From Bacillota bacterium (lineage in GTDB: Bacteria > Bacillota > DTU025), in assembly GCA_050951805.1 (NCBI GenBank), contig JBMNJT010000002.1:640001-704000 (forward strand): a stretch of 64,000 nucleotides of DNA, written 5' to 3'. Below are positions 46,286 to 54,798 of the stretch, one piece after another; the stretch's first letter is position 1, and every line of letters begins with the position of its first letter. The notes beneath the pieces are model-generated. The model was not told the origin of the DNA. It saw only the letters and a program-made list of their open reading frames with translations, and did no database searches. The translations under genes and the position numbers were made by a program.

Positions 46286-47563
46286 GTGGATTCTTTCGTT
46301 ATCAAAGGTGGTGAGTCCCTACACGGCAGGCTGCGCGTGGGGGGAGCGAAGAACGCCTCTTTGCCTATACTAGCAGCTTCCTTGCTTGCCTGTGGTTCTT
46401 CTACGGTAGAAGATGTTCCTGAATTGCTTGATGTTGAGACTATGTGTGGTGTGCTCACATCTGTCGGCGCTCGTGTATCAAGGTCGAAAAACAAGGTCGT
46501 TGTTGACGCTACCGAGATTTCGTCGTTTGAGCCTCCCTACGATCTGGTGAGGGCGATGCGGGCGTCTTTCTTGGTTATGGGGCCGCTTCTTGCACGCATG
46601 GGCTGTGCCAGGATTGCGCTTCCGGGGGGATGCGCCATAGGATCTCGTCCTATCGATCTTCACCTAAAGGGTTTTGCGGCGCTAGGCGCCACAATAGACA
46701 TGGGATATGGGCAGATAGAGGCCAGGGCGGATCGACTGGAGGGGGCCAGGGTTTATTTGGACTTCCCTAGTGTGGGTGCTACTGAGAATATCATGATGGC
46801 TGCAGTGTTGGCGTCTGGGACGACTATTATAGAAAACGCAGCTCAGGAACCTGAGATTGTTGACCTTGCAAACTTTCTGAACTCGATGGGTGCACGTGTG
46901 AGGGGAGCCGGAACTACCGTTCTGCGGATCGAAGGCGTGCCAGAGCTATCTCCAACGTCTTACATGGTGGTTCCCGACAGAATAGAAGCGGGAACTTTTA
47001 TGATAGCTCCTGCGATTGCCGGTGGGTCGCTCGTTATAGAGAACGTCGTGTCGGAACACTTGAAACCGATCACTGCGAAACTCCGCGAATGCGGTGTCAC
47101 AGTTGAGGAGAACGATGACGGGTCGATGTTCGTGGAGATGAACGATCGTCCAAGAGGCGTGGATATTAAGACAATGCCTTACCCGGGGTTCCCTACCGAT
47201 CTTCAAGCCCAATTCATGGCATTGATGACTATATGCTCGGGATCTTCAGTGATAACGGAGACCGTCTTTGAAAACAGGTTCATGCACGTTGCAGAGCTGA
47301 TGCGGATGGGTGCAAACATCAAGATAGATGGGCGTTCGGCTGTTGTTGAAGGGCAGGACAAGCTCCTTGGTGCACAGGTGAAGTGTACCGATCTCAGGGC
47401 CGGCGCAGCGCTGGTTCTTGCAGGTCTTGCAGCTGAAGGGGATACTGAGGTGGCAGACATATACCATATTGACCGGGGCTATGAGAACTTCGAAGGCAAA
47501 CTGGCGAGCGTTGGCGCGAACATTGTGCGGGTTGCGTCTGCCGAAGCCGAACAGGCAGTATAG
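46286..47563 (+). CDS. murA: UDP-GlcNAc 1-carboxyvinyltransferase
   Basis: [39 protein letters not shown]; SD GGAGGT before GTG 46286. Confidence 0.98.
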   Translation: MDSFVIKGGESLHGRLRVGGAKNASLPILAASLLACGSSTVEDVPELLDVETMCGVLTSVGARVSRSKNKVVVDATEISSFEPPYDLVRAMRASFLVMGPLLARMGCARIALPGGCAIGSRPIDLHLKGFAALGATIDMGYGQIEARADRLEGARVYLDFPSVGATENIMMAAVLASGTTIIENAAQEPEIVDLANFLNSMGARVRGAGTTVLRIEGVPELSPTSYMVVPDRIEAGTFMIAPAIAGGSLVIENVVSEHLKPITAKLRECGVTVEENDDGSMFVEMNDRPRGVDIKTMPYPGFPTDLQAQFMALMTICSGSSVITETVFENRFMHVAELMRMGANIKIDGRSAVVEGQDKLLGAQVKCTDLRAGAALVLAGLAAEGDTEVADIYHIDRGYENFEGKLASVGANIVRVASAEAEQAV

Positions 47564-47633
47564 CATTGTCACGCTTTCCGTGGCTTGCGAACTGTACCCA
47601 CAACTACCTGGACCTATAGAAGGATATCTGAGA

Positions 47634-47659
47634 ACGCCTTGATGCAGGCGTCTTTTTTT
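47634..47659 (+). terminator. Intrinsic terminator after murA
   Basis: ACGCCT-6 nt-AGGCGT followed by CTTTTTTT. Confidence 0.7.
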
Positions 47660-47804
47660 ATGTGCTGGAGGCCTTGGCCGGCAGAGTTCTGTATGTTATT
47701 AGCAGTCACTATTATGTATTGACCGCGTTATTTCCGAGTCCGGTCCATTTGGTCGAAAAATGGTAAAAGCATGTTGAGGCTTGTGGGATACAACTGGCAT
47801 GCAG

Positions 47805-47977
47805 AGAGTGTCCTCGCAATTGCTCTTCGGATATACTAATCTGATATGTAGCCATTGGTTCTCCTCCTAGTAGATAGTTGGTGCATTCTACTGGAGAACC
47901 AGTGGCCTTTTTATACCCATCCCCATCCACTACAACAGGGCTAAGGCCTTTTTACAGCATTATATCGGACGTAACTC
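47805..47977 (-). mobile_element. IS256-family-like remnant: one end plus the first ~15 codons of a transposase
   Basis: Minus strand starts GAGTTACGTCCGATATAATGCTGTAAAA (IS256-like terminus); AGGAGG then MATYQISISEEQLRG; SD/ATG inside an inverted repeat (47851-47864 / 47893-47906). Confidence 0.55.
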
Positions 47978-47984
47978 GGCTGTT

Positions 47985-48010
47985 CTACGGTTTCAATGAG
48001 GGCATAGACT
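47985..48010 (+). promoter_or_regulatory. Possible sigmaE promoter of spoIID
   Basis: -10 element CATAGACT at 48003-48010 fits sigmaE CATAnanT; -35 match weak. Confidence 0.45.
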
Positions 48011-48042
48011 GTACAGCTTCGTGCGCGGCAGGGGAGGTATGC

Positions 48043-49026
48043 ATGTCTGTGTCCAGATTTGCGTGGTCTTTGGTTTCTATATGCGTCATTGTCATAATTG
48101 TACTGCCTGGCGCCATAGCTCTGTTTGTGCGTCCTAGGACGGCGCCTGGCACTACAGCTTCTCTGTGGGTTGATCTGTGGGACTGTAGGGCCGGCACAGT
48201 TCGGCGAATGCCACTGGCAGACTATCTCGTGGGCGTGGTTGCCGCAGAAATGCCAGCAGCTTTTGATCTCGAAGCATTGAAGGCACAAGCCGTGGCTGCC
48301 CGGACATACACTCTCCGCAAGATGTGGCAGACGCAGGAGACCTCAGCTTCGACAGATGTTCATAAAGGCGCAGTTATCTGCAGTGACCCATCCCATTGCC
48401 AGGCATGGAGTTCCAGGGAGGAACTTCTGAAAAAATGGGGAGTTGCAGGATACCTGGCTAACATAAGAAAGGTCATTGCCGCGGTTGAGGAGACGGAGGG
48501 ACTTGTCATGACATATAACGGTCGTCTCATAGACGCAGTCTACCACTCATGCTGTGGAGGAATGACAGAGGATGCAGCCGCTGTCTGGGGAAGGCGGGTC
48601 CCCTATCTTGTTCCGGTGAGTTGCGGGTGTCAGCAAAAAGCTTTGGAGCTCGGAGAGATGAAGACGCTTGAGGGTGTAGAACTTGTGAAGGCGCTCGGAC
48701 TTGGAAGCAGGTCTATTCCTGCGATGTCTTCAGGGGTTCAGGTAGTGGCTAGAACTGCCACGGCCAGGGCTAGTATGGTGTCGGTTTATGGTGTCCCTGT
48801 ATCCGCTGCGGATCTGCGGAGAGCGCTCTCACTCAAGTCAACGCGCCTGGCGGTTGTGTCTAGTGGTGGTAAGGTTACTATCACGACCACAGGCTATGGG
48901 CACGGCGTAGGGATGTGTCAGTGGGGGGCTGAAAACTTGGCCAGAGCGGGTTTGACTTTTGATGCCATACTCAAGCATTACTACTCGGGCATCGAAATAC
49001 AGAGGCTCGACCCAAGCCGCAAGTAA
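48043..49026 (+). CDS. spoIID: Stage II sporulation protein D
   Basis: YL.GVVAAEMP, EALKAQAVAARTY, HCQAW, YHS.CGG.TE, G.GHGVGM.Q.GA, IL.HYY; synteny after murA. Confidence 0.95.
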   Translation: MSVSRFAWSLVSICVIVIIVLPGAIALFVRPRTAPGTTASLWVDLWDCRAGTVRRMPLADYLVGVVAAEMPAAFDLEALKAQAVAARTYTLRKMWQTQETSASTDVHKGAVICSDPSHCQAWSSREELLKKWGVAGYLANIRKVIAAVEETEGLVMTYNGRLIDAVYHSCCGGMTEDAAAVWGRRVPYLVPVSCGCQQKALELGEMKTLEGVELVKALGLGSRSIPAMSSGVQVVARTATARASMVSVYGVPVSAADLRRALSLKSTRLAVVSSGGKVTITTTGYGHGVGMCQWGAENLARAGLTFDAILKHYYSGIEIQRLDPSRK

Positions 49027-49068
49027 TGTGAGCATTATCGAGAGTTCGCGTGCTCTGGAGATCAGCAA

Positions 49069-49099
49069 GCATACTGGATGAGGCCTCGGGGAAGAATTA
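49069..49099 (+). promoter_or_regulatory. sigmaF promoter of spoIIQ
   Basis: GCATA-15 bp-GGGAAGAAT matches sigmaF consensus GYATA-N15-GGnrAnAnT. Confidence 0.75.
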
Positions 49100-49116
49100 G
49101 AACCCGAGGTGATTTT

Positions 49117-49806
49117 ATGAAATGGCCGTTTGGAAGCAGATCTACGTCGATGATGATCGTGGTTGGGATAGCCGCTTTCTTTCTCGGATTCTCCTTGGCC
49201 ATACTAGTGAGCAACGTTCGCCGGGATACGCCGGCTCAAATCGTAGCCCATACAGACTCGGGCTGTTTTGAAAGCGAGGCCGATGAGGCAATCGCAATCA
49301 AACCTCACGAGGAGTCTGGGGTTGACTCCATTGAGGGGGTGAATGCCATATCCGCGGCCGACTCCGACAGCCTCAGCGAATCGGAGCAGGGCTTAGTCAG
49401 TATGCCCGAGGCCATGACGGCGCCGGTCGATGGCTCAGTGGTTGCGGGCTATGGTTGGCGGCGCGATCCTGTGATGGATGATTGGAGATTCACTGATGGA
49501 ATCGACATATCGTGCCTCCCTGGGACTCAGGTTCGTGCAGCTCTATCAGGAAAAGTCGCGGGCGTGGACAGGGATGAACGTGGGGTCTTGGTTGTAAGAT
49601 TGGAACACGCAGGGGGTGTTGAGACTGTCTACGAGAACCTGAGGATTGCTTGGGTCAAGGCGGGAGACGAAGTTGGCCAGGGCGCTAGTTTGGGAGAGGT
49701 TGGCGCGAGCTCCGCGGCTTCTGATGGCGAATGCATTATCAGATTCATCGTTTTGGAACGGGGAAACGCGATCGACCCTGTCCAGTGCATCGGCAAGCGC
49801 TTCTAG
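49117..49806 (+). CDS. spoIIQ: SpoIIQ-like membrane-anchored M23 (LytM) domain protein
   Basis: N-terminal TM, acidic linker, PVDG...GIDI...V.A...G.V...H..G..T.Y..L...V..G..V..G; position between spoIID and spoIIID. Confidence 0.8.
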   Translation: MKWPFGSRSTSMMIVVGIAAFFLGFSLAILVSNVRRDTPAQIVAHTDSGCFESEADEAIAIKPHEESGVDSIEGVNAISAADSDSLSESEQGLVSMPEAMTAPVDGSVVAGYGWRRDPVMDDWRFTDGIDISCLPGTQVRAALSGKVAGVDRDERGVLVVRLEHAGGVETVYENLRIAWVKAGDEVGQGASLGEVGASSAASDGECIIRFIVLERGNAIDPVQCIGKRF

Positions 49807-49872
49807 CTAGGCATAATCCACCCCTGAGCGAATATAGATCTAGCAAACGGCAGGGGGGAGGCCGGACGCTAG

Positions 49873-50127
49873 ATGAGGGAATACATCCGCCGGCGTGTTC
49901 TCGAGATAACCGACCACATCCTGGAGACCCAGGCAACAGTGCGACAGACGGCACGCCTGTTTAATGTGAGCAAGAGCACCGTCCACAAGGATGTTACGGA
50001 GAGGCTCCCCTCCATAGACAAGCAGCTTGCGAAAAAAGTAAAGAAGATTCTGGATCAGAACAAGGCGGAAAGACATCTCAGGGGTGGTGAGGCGACCCGG
50101 AGAAAATACAAGTCGGGCAACAAATGA
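49873..50127 (+). CDS. spoIIID: Sporulation transcription factor SpoIIID
   Basis: TVR.TA..F.VSKSTVHKDVTERL, NK.ERH.RGG.AT. Confidence 0.97.
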   Translation: MREYIRRRVLEITDHILETQATVRQTARLFNVSKSTVHKDVTERLPSIDKQLAKKVKKILDQNKAERHLRGGEATRRKYKSGNK

Positions 50128-50233
50128 CAGGGGTGGGTGGGAATCTGAGAAAGGCTGAGATGCGACCATCGAGAAGACCGGCATAGGCGGGCCCGCGCCG
50201 GTCCTTCCCTTAATCTGCTTTTGGGGGTGCAAC

Positions 50234-51247
50234 ATGTCGTCGTACGGGGCGGACATCGGAATAGACTTCGGTTCTGATAACGTGAGGGTGTACATGCCTG
50301 GAAAAGGAGTTGTTATAGACGAGGCCTCGGTCGTTGTCTTTCACAGGGAGACAGGCGCTATGATTGAGGTCGGCGACCGCGGTCGAGAGCTGCTGCTTGC
50401 GGACCCAGGGTCCTGTGTGCCCGTTAGGCCTTTGGTTTTTGGATCGATCCGTCGACACGACGCGGCGTTGTTGCTAATGAAGCGGATGATATGGCGGGTG
50501 CTGGGAGGACGCGGTTTTACGAAACCCAGGGTGGTTTTGACGGTTCCGTCATGTCCATCAGATGTAGAGATCAGAGTTTGGATGACCATGGCGACTGAAG
50601 CTGGGGCGAGAAGTGTGATGTTGCTGGAAGCGCCAATGGCGGCGGCGATGGGCGCGGATATGAACGTATTCGACGCTCGCGGGCAGATGATGGTAGACGT
50701 GGGTGCAGAAGTGACCGACATAGGGGTGATTGCCGTCGGAGAAATGATAGTCTCCGAACGCGTGAGGACGGGTGGGCGCGCAATGGATGCAGCGATTCAG
50801 AAGCATATCCGCGCCGACAAGGGACTAGTGTTGGGAGACATGGCTGCAGAGGATGTCAAACGCAGAGTCGGTGTGGCCCGAAACGGTTTTGAGCCGAGTT
50901 CTGCCATGGTACATGGTCGGGACTTGGAGACAGGCCTTCCTCGCCAGGAGGCGATTTCCACTGAGGATGTGTTTGAGGCAATCAGCGGGAAAATTGATGA
51001 GATCATAGAGGGAATCCGATGTGTTCTGCAAAAGGTTCCTGTGGAGATCGGATCGGATATTTCTAGCCATAGAATAGTATTGGCTGGAGGAACGTCGCGC
51101 CTGCGAGGGCTTTCTGATGCCATAAGCGAGGGCGTGGGGTTGCCAGTTAGAGTTGCTCGTGATCCCGAATTCTGTAATATAAGGGGGATAGGCAAGTTCA
51201 TTGCAGATATAGATCCCCGGATGACAACAGCCATAAAGAGTGTATGA
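50234..51247 (+). CDS. mbl: Divergent MreB/Mbl-like actin homolog
   Basis: DIGID.G, E.SVV, RPL..G.I, P.AAA.GA, AE.VK, GRDL.TGLP; follows spoIIID as mbl does. Confidence 0.8.
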   Translation: MSSYGADIGIDFGSDNVRVYMPGKGVVIDEASVVVFHRETGAMIEVGDRGRELLLADPGSCVPVRPLVFGSIRRHDAALLLMKRMIWRVLGGRGFTKPRVVLTVPSCPSDVEIRVWMTMATEAGARSVMLLEAPMAAAMGADMNVFDARGQMMVDVGAEVTDIGVIAVGEMIVSERVRTGGRAMDAAIQKHIRADKGLVLGDMAAEDVKRRVGVARNGFEPSSAMVHGRDLETGLPRQEAISTEDVFEAISGKIDEIIEGIRCVLQKVPVEIGSDISSHRIVLAGGTSRLRGLSDAISEGVGLPVRVARDPEFCNIRGIGKFIADIDPRMTTAIKSV

Positions 51248-51259
51248 TAGATAGGAAGG

Positions 51260-53209
51260 TTGGAATTGCATGCTGCAGGAAGGATCAGGAGAGGGGCGTT
51301 GTGTTCGGTGTTCGGAAAAAAGACTATTTTCGTTATTCTGGCCTTAACAGCCTTTATGTGGACAAGCTCTACATTGGTGGACACTCCAATTGAGGCATCC
51401 GTTGCTCTTGCATGTCCGATCATGGAGGTGGGCGATATCGAGCCTGGCATGAAGGGCACAGGAAAGACTGTGTTCCACGGAACGGAGCCGGAAGATTTTG
51501 ATGTAGAGGTAATAGCGGTGCTTAAAGGCGCTGGGAAGCTGAGCGACCTAGTACTCATACGCGCATCGGGTCAGGCGATTGAGGCTGCTGGCGGGATAGC
51601 TGAGGGGATGAGCGGAAGTCCCGTGTATATCGACGGCAGATTGTTGGGCGCTATTTCCTACGTTTTTGCCGGAAGCGATCACTTCATGGGTATGGTCACG
51701 CCTATCTCCGACATGCTGAGAATCTTATCATATCCCGATGCAACCGGCGCTTCCCTCGTCAAGGGGACTGTGGGTATGACGGATCGATTGTGGCTAGACG
51801 GGGCACTGAATGCTGCAGTAACCCCCGTAAGTGTGAGTGGGCTCTCGGGAAGGTCTTTGGAGAGAATCTCGCAATCACTGCAGCAATATGGACTGACGGT
51901 TCGTCCCTCGGTTTCGGTGGGTAGTGCGAAAGGCCGCATATCTGTTGGCTCGAATTCCACGGTGCCTTCAGGGGTTCCAGATAGAGGAATACCCCATATT
52001 GTGCCTGGCTCGACCGTTGGAGTTCAGCTTGCCAAGGGAGATGTCGACATCACTGCGTTTGGGACCGTTACGTATGTAGACGGCGACGCTTTCCTGGCCT
52101 TTGGCCATCCACTGCTGGGCCGGGGAGCTAGCGCATTGTCTGCGTGCTCTGCGTCGGTTCAAGGCATAATCAAATCTGAATCTACGCCATTTAAGGTTCT
52201 TGCTCCCGGAGCTACAGTGGGGGTTATTACTCAGGATCGTCTGAACGGTATTGGCGGGCGGTTGGGCCAGGCAGATGCGTATGTGCCTGTGTCCATAAGG
52301 GTGGTTGACAAAGAGACCGGTCGCAACAGACAAATCTCGACGTTTATTGCTCCGGACGAGTCGCTTATTGCCGACATATTCGGGGCTGCGGCCTTGGCGG
52401 CCATGGACGGCGTTACAGATCGAATGGGACTTGGGACCGCAAATGTTTCTCTTAAGATAAAGATGGCTGGCCATGATCCATATGAGCGGGCGAACATGTT
52501 TTTCAGCCCTTCTGATGTGGCGGGGATGAGTGTAGGTGAGCCCTATGACACACTATGGCTGGTTGCAAACAACGCTGCAGAGAAGGTGGAGATTGAAGGC
52601 ATAGAAATGTACGTTGAAGTCGAGCCCGTGCGTCGGACGGCAATGATCGAGAGCGTGCGAGTTATGGAGCCTACTGTGCGGCCGGGCGAGGCGGTGAACG
52701 TGTCTGTCACTTTACGCCAGCATAGAGGGGGACGTGTGACGAAGATGATGTCCGTCGTGGTCCCTGAGGATGCGCCCGGCGGAGTGCTTTCCATGTGTGT
52801 GCGCGGAGGCAACGTGAGCATTTTCGATGAGGGAGACTATGTCTACGATTCGATGTCCATGGAAGGAGTCCTTTACATGGAAGTCGACGATGTGATGGCG
52901 AAAATTGCCTCGATGCCTCGTGGGAATGAGCTTGTTCTTGAACTCGAACCTTACTTGTTCGAAGAGGAAGAACATGGCTCTGTCGTGTCCCCGAGCCTTG
53001 AATCACATAGAGACGACTTGCGGGACATGGGTGCAAAGGAGAAAGACCAAAAGACGACGGCCTCCACTGGGGCTTATGAGGAATCATCCGACAAGCCTAC
53101 GACTGCGCGCATGGAGACGGATTGGGTCATTGAAGGGATCAAATGGGTGACGATAGAGGTTGAAACTCGAGACGAGGAAATGGAATGGTGTGAAGGATCG
53201 GAGATCTAG
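51260..53209 (+). CDS. Exported SpoIVB-like S55 peptidase domain protein
   Basis: PGMKG.GKTV..G, GIAEGMSGSPVYIDG.L.GA, GTVT...AFGHP; acidic C-terminus; start uncertain. Confidence 0.88.
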   Translation: MELHAAGRIRRGALCSVFGKKTIFVILALTAFMWTSSTLVDTPIEASVALACPIMEVGDIEPGMKGTGKTVFHGTEPEDFDVEVIAVLKGAGKLSDLVLIRASGQAIEAAGGIAEGMSGSPVYIDGRLLGAISYVFAGSDHFMGMVTPISDMLRILSYPDATGASLVKGTVGMTDRLWLDGALNAAVTPVSVSGLSGRSLERISQSLQQYGLTVRPSVSVGSAKGRISVGSNSTVPSGVPDRGIPHIVPGSTVGVQLAKGDVDITAFGTVTYVDGDAFLAFGHPLLGRGASALSACSASVQGIIKSESTPFKVLAPGATVGVITQDRLNGIGGRLGQADAYVPVSIRVVDKETGRNRQISTFIAPDESLIADIFGAAALAAMDGVTDRMGLGTANVSLKIKMAGHDPYERANMFFSPSDVAGMSVGEPYDTLWLVANNAAEKVEIEGIEMYVEVEPVRRTAMIESVRVMEPTVRPGEAVNVSVTLRQHRGGRVTKMMSVVVPEDAPGGVLSMCVRGGNVSIFDEGDYVYDSMSMEGVLYMEVDDVMAKIASMPRGNELVLELEPYLFEEEEHGSVVSPSLESHRDDLRDMGAKEKDQKTTASTGAYEESSDKPTTARMETDWVIEGIKWVTIEVETRDEEMEWCEGSEI

Positions 53210-54204
53210 GCTGTTGTCCCCAAACGATTCGACTCTGCCATCCATTTCAGCGTATCTGCAATGGATTCCCGCAATGGCCGGGGTGAATAGCCAAGTTCCT
53301 GACGAGCCTTGGCGCTGCTTATATTAGCGTTGCTAAGAAGCGTCTCAATGGAGTATCTTGTAAGACGCGATTTTTTCCCGGTCACGTTACAGAAAAAGTC
53401 TGAGCAGTTGGCACATGCCTGAACAAGCCACATAGGCACGCGGGGACGCCTCACCGGCTTTTGCCCGCACAGCTCGTCTACTAGGGCTCCCAATGAATTG
53501 ATATCGATGTAATTTCCGGAGAGGATGTATGCTTCTCCGGTTCTTCCTTTTTCGGCGGCAAGGATGAGGCCGCCGGCCACATCTCGGACGTCCACAAAAT
53601 CGTAGCCTCCCTTGGCGGGAAGAACCTTCATGGAGTTGGAGGCCAGATCTCGTATGACCTGCCCCATGATGGAATCGAGGTAGTCATAGGGCCCTATTAC
53701 CCCCGTGGGACAGACAATGACGGCGTCGAGGCCTTGTTCTACCGCATTGAGAACCTCGAGGGATGCTCGGGCCTTGGAACGATCATAATCGCCCCGGGAT
53801 TTGCTAGGATCAAATCCGCAGGACTCATCGATGGGTATTCCCGGTGGCGGTTCCACAATGGCATGGATAGAGCTGCAGTAGACTAGTCGCCGAACGCCCA
53901 TTTTCATGCAAGCCTCGATGACGTTTCGGGTGCCGCCTACATTGACGCTTTCAAGAAGTTCTTCCTGCCCTGGGGCTATGCTGACTAGGCCGGCTAAATG
54001 GTAGACAGTATCGATGCCTTCGAGCGCTCGCTCCAGAGTAATGGGAACCAACACGTTGCCCCATGCTATGTCAACAGGAAGATCTGCTATTGGCCGCTCG
54101 TCATCGGAGGGCATCACCAAGGCTCTTACGCTTTCGCCTTTGGCTATGAGTTCCCGCACAAGGACATTGCCTATATGGCCTGTTGCTCCCGTTACCAATA
54201 TCAT
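53206..54204 (-). CDS. NAD-dependent epimerase/dehydratase (extended SDR, DFR/HpnA-like)
   Basis: VTGATGHIG, HLAG, NV.GT.NV, Y..SK, FVDVRDVA; SD AAGGAG before ATG 54204. Confidence 0.92.
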   Translation of the reverse strand: MILVTGATGHIGNVLVRELIAKGESVRALVMPSDDERPIADLPVDIAWGNVLVPITLERALEGIDTVYHLAGLVSIAPGQEELLESVNVGGTRNVIEACMKMGVRRLVYCSSIHAIVEPPPGIPIDESCGFDPSKSRGDYDRSKARASLEVLNAVEQGLDAVIVCPTGVIGPYDYLDSIMGQVIRDLASNSMKVLPAKGGYDFVDVRDVAGGLILAAEKGRTGEAYILSGNYIDINSLGALVDELCGQKPVRRPRVPMWLVQACANCSDFFCNVTGKKSRLTRYSIETLLSNANISSAKARQELGYSPRPLRESIADTLKWMAESNRLGTTA

Positions 54205-54263
54205 GTGGAATTGCTCCTTCGGAATGGATTGCGCTAGATGACGCTCGTGTGCAAATGCTGCCA

Positions 54264-54320
54264 CTGACTGACTGAATGGTCAGTCAGAAACAGTATATGG
54301 CTCAATAGATCTCCTGTCAA
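54264..54320 (-). promoter_or_regulatory. sigmaA promoter with a palindromic operator over the start site
   Basis: Minus strand TTGACA (54315-54320)-17 bp-TATACT (54292-54297); CTGACTGAC-N6-GTCAGTCAG at 54264-54287. Confidence 0.8.
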
Positions 54321-54798
54321 CATTCGGGCTTCTTCTCAGACTAGCCGGGCAAAACTCCAATGCCCATGAATGGGGCGGCCTCCAAGTCGGCCTCTGAGTT
54401 TGCGGACGCATGCAGCCTGCAACCTCCTAGCTCCCTGCTTCTTGCGGAATGCTGCTGACCCCTTGTGCTTGTTTATGCTGCGTAAGTCCCGTTCGCCAAT
54501 CAAAAAAGTCGTGACACATGACTATTTGGTTGCCTGGAAGACGCCACCTGCAGATGAGCAACGTTTGTTGAAGGCCGACGCGGTTTGTTGCTTCCTTGAA
54601 CGGGTGAACATAGCGATCAAATGTGTTTTCAATCTTCGCCGAGTAGCGCGCCCGACCGGGGCTGCCCTCCATTATGTGTAATGTATGACAGACAAGATGT
54701 GAACTGATGGGGAAACCCCTGGGCGGGTTGAGGTTGGGAATAAGAGAAAACCCTGCATTGTGCCCCGGACTTTCACTGCCTATGAGTCGAAGGGAAGG

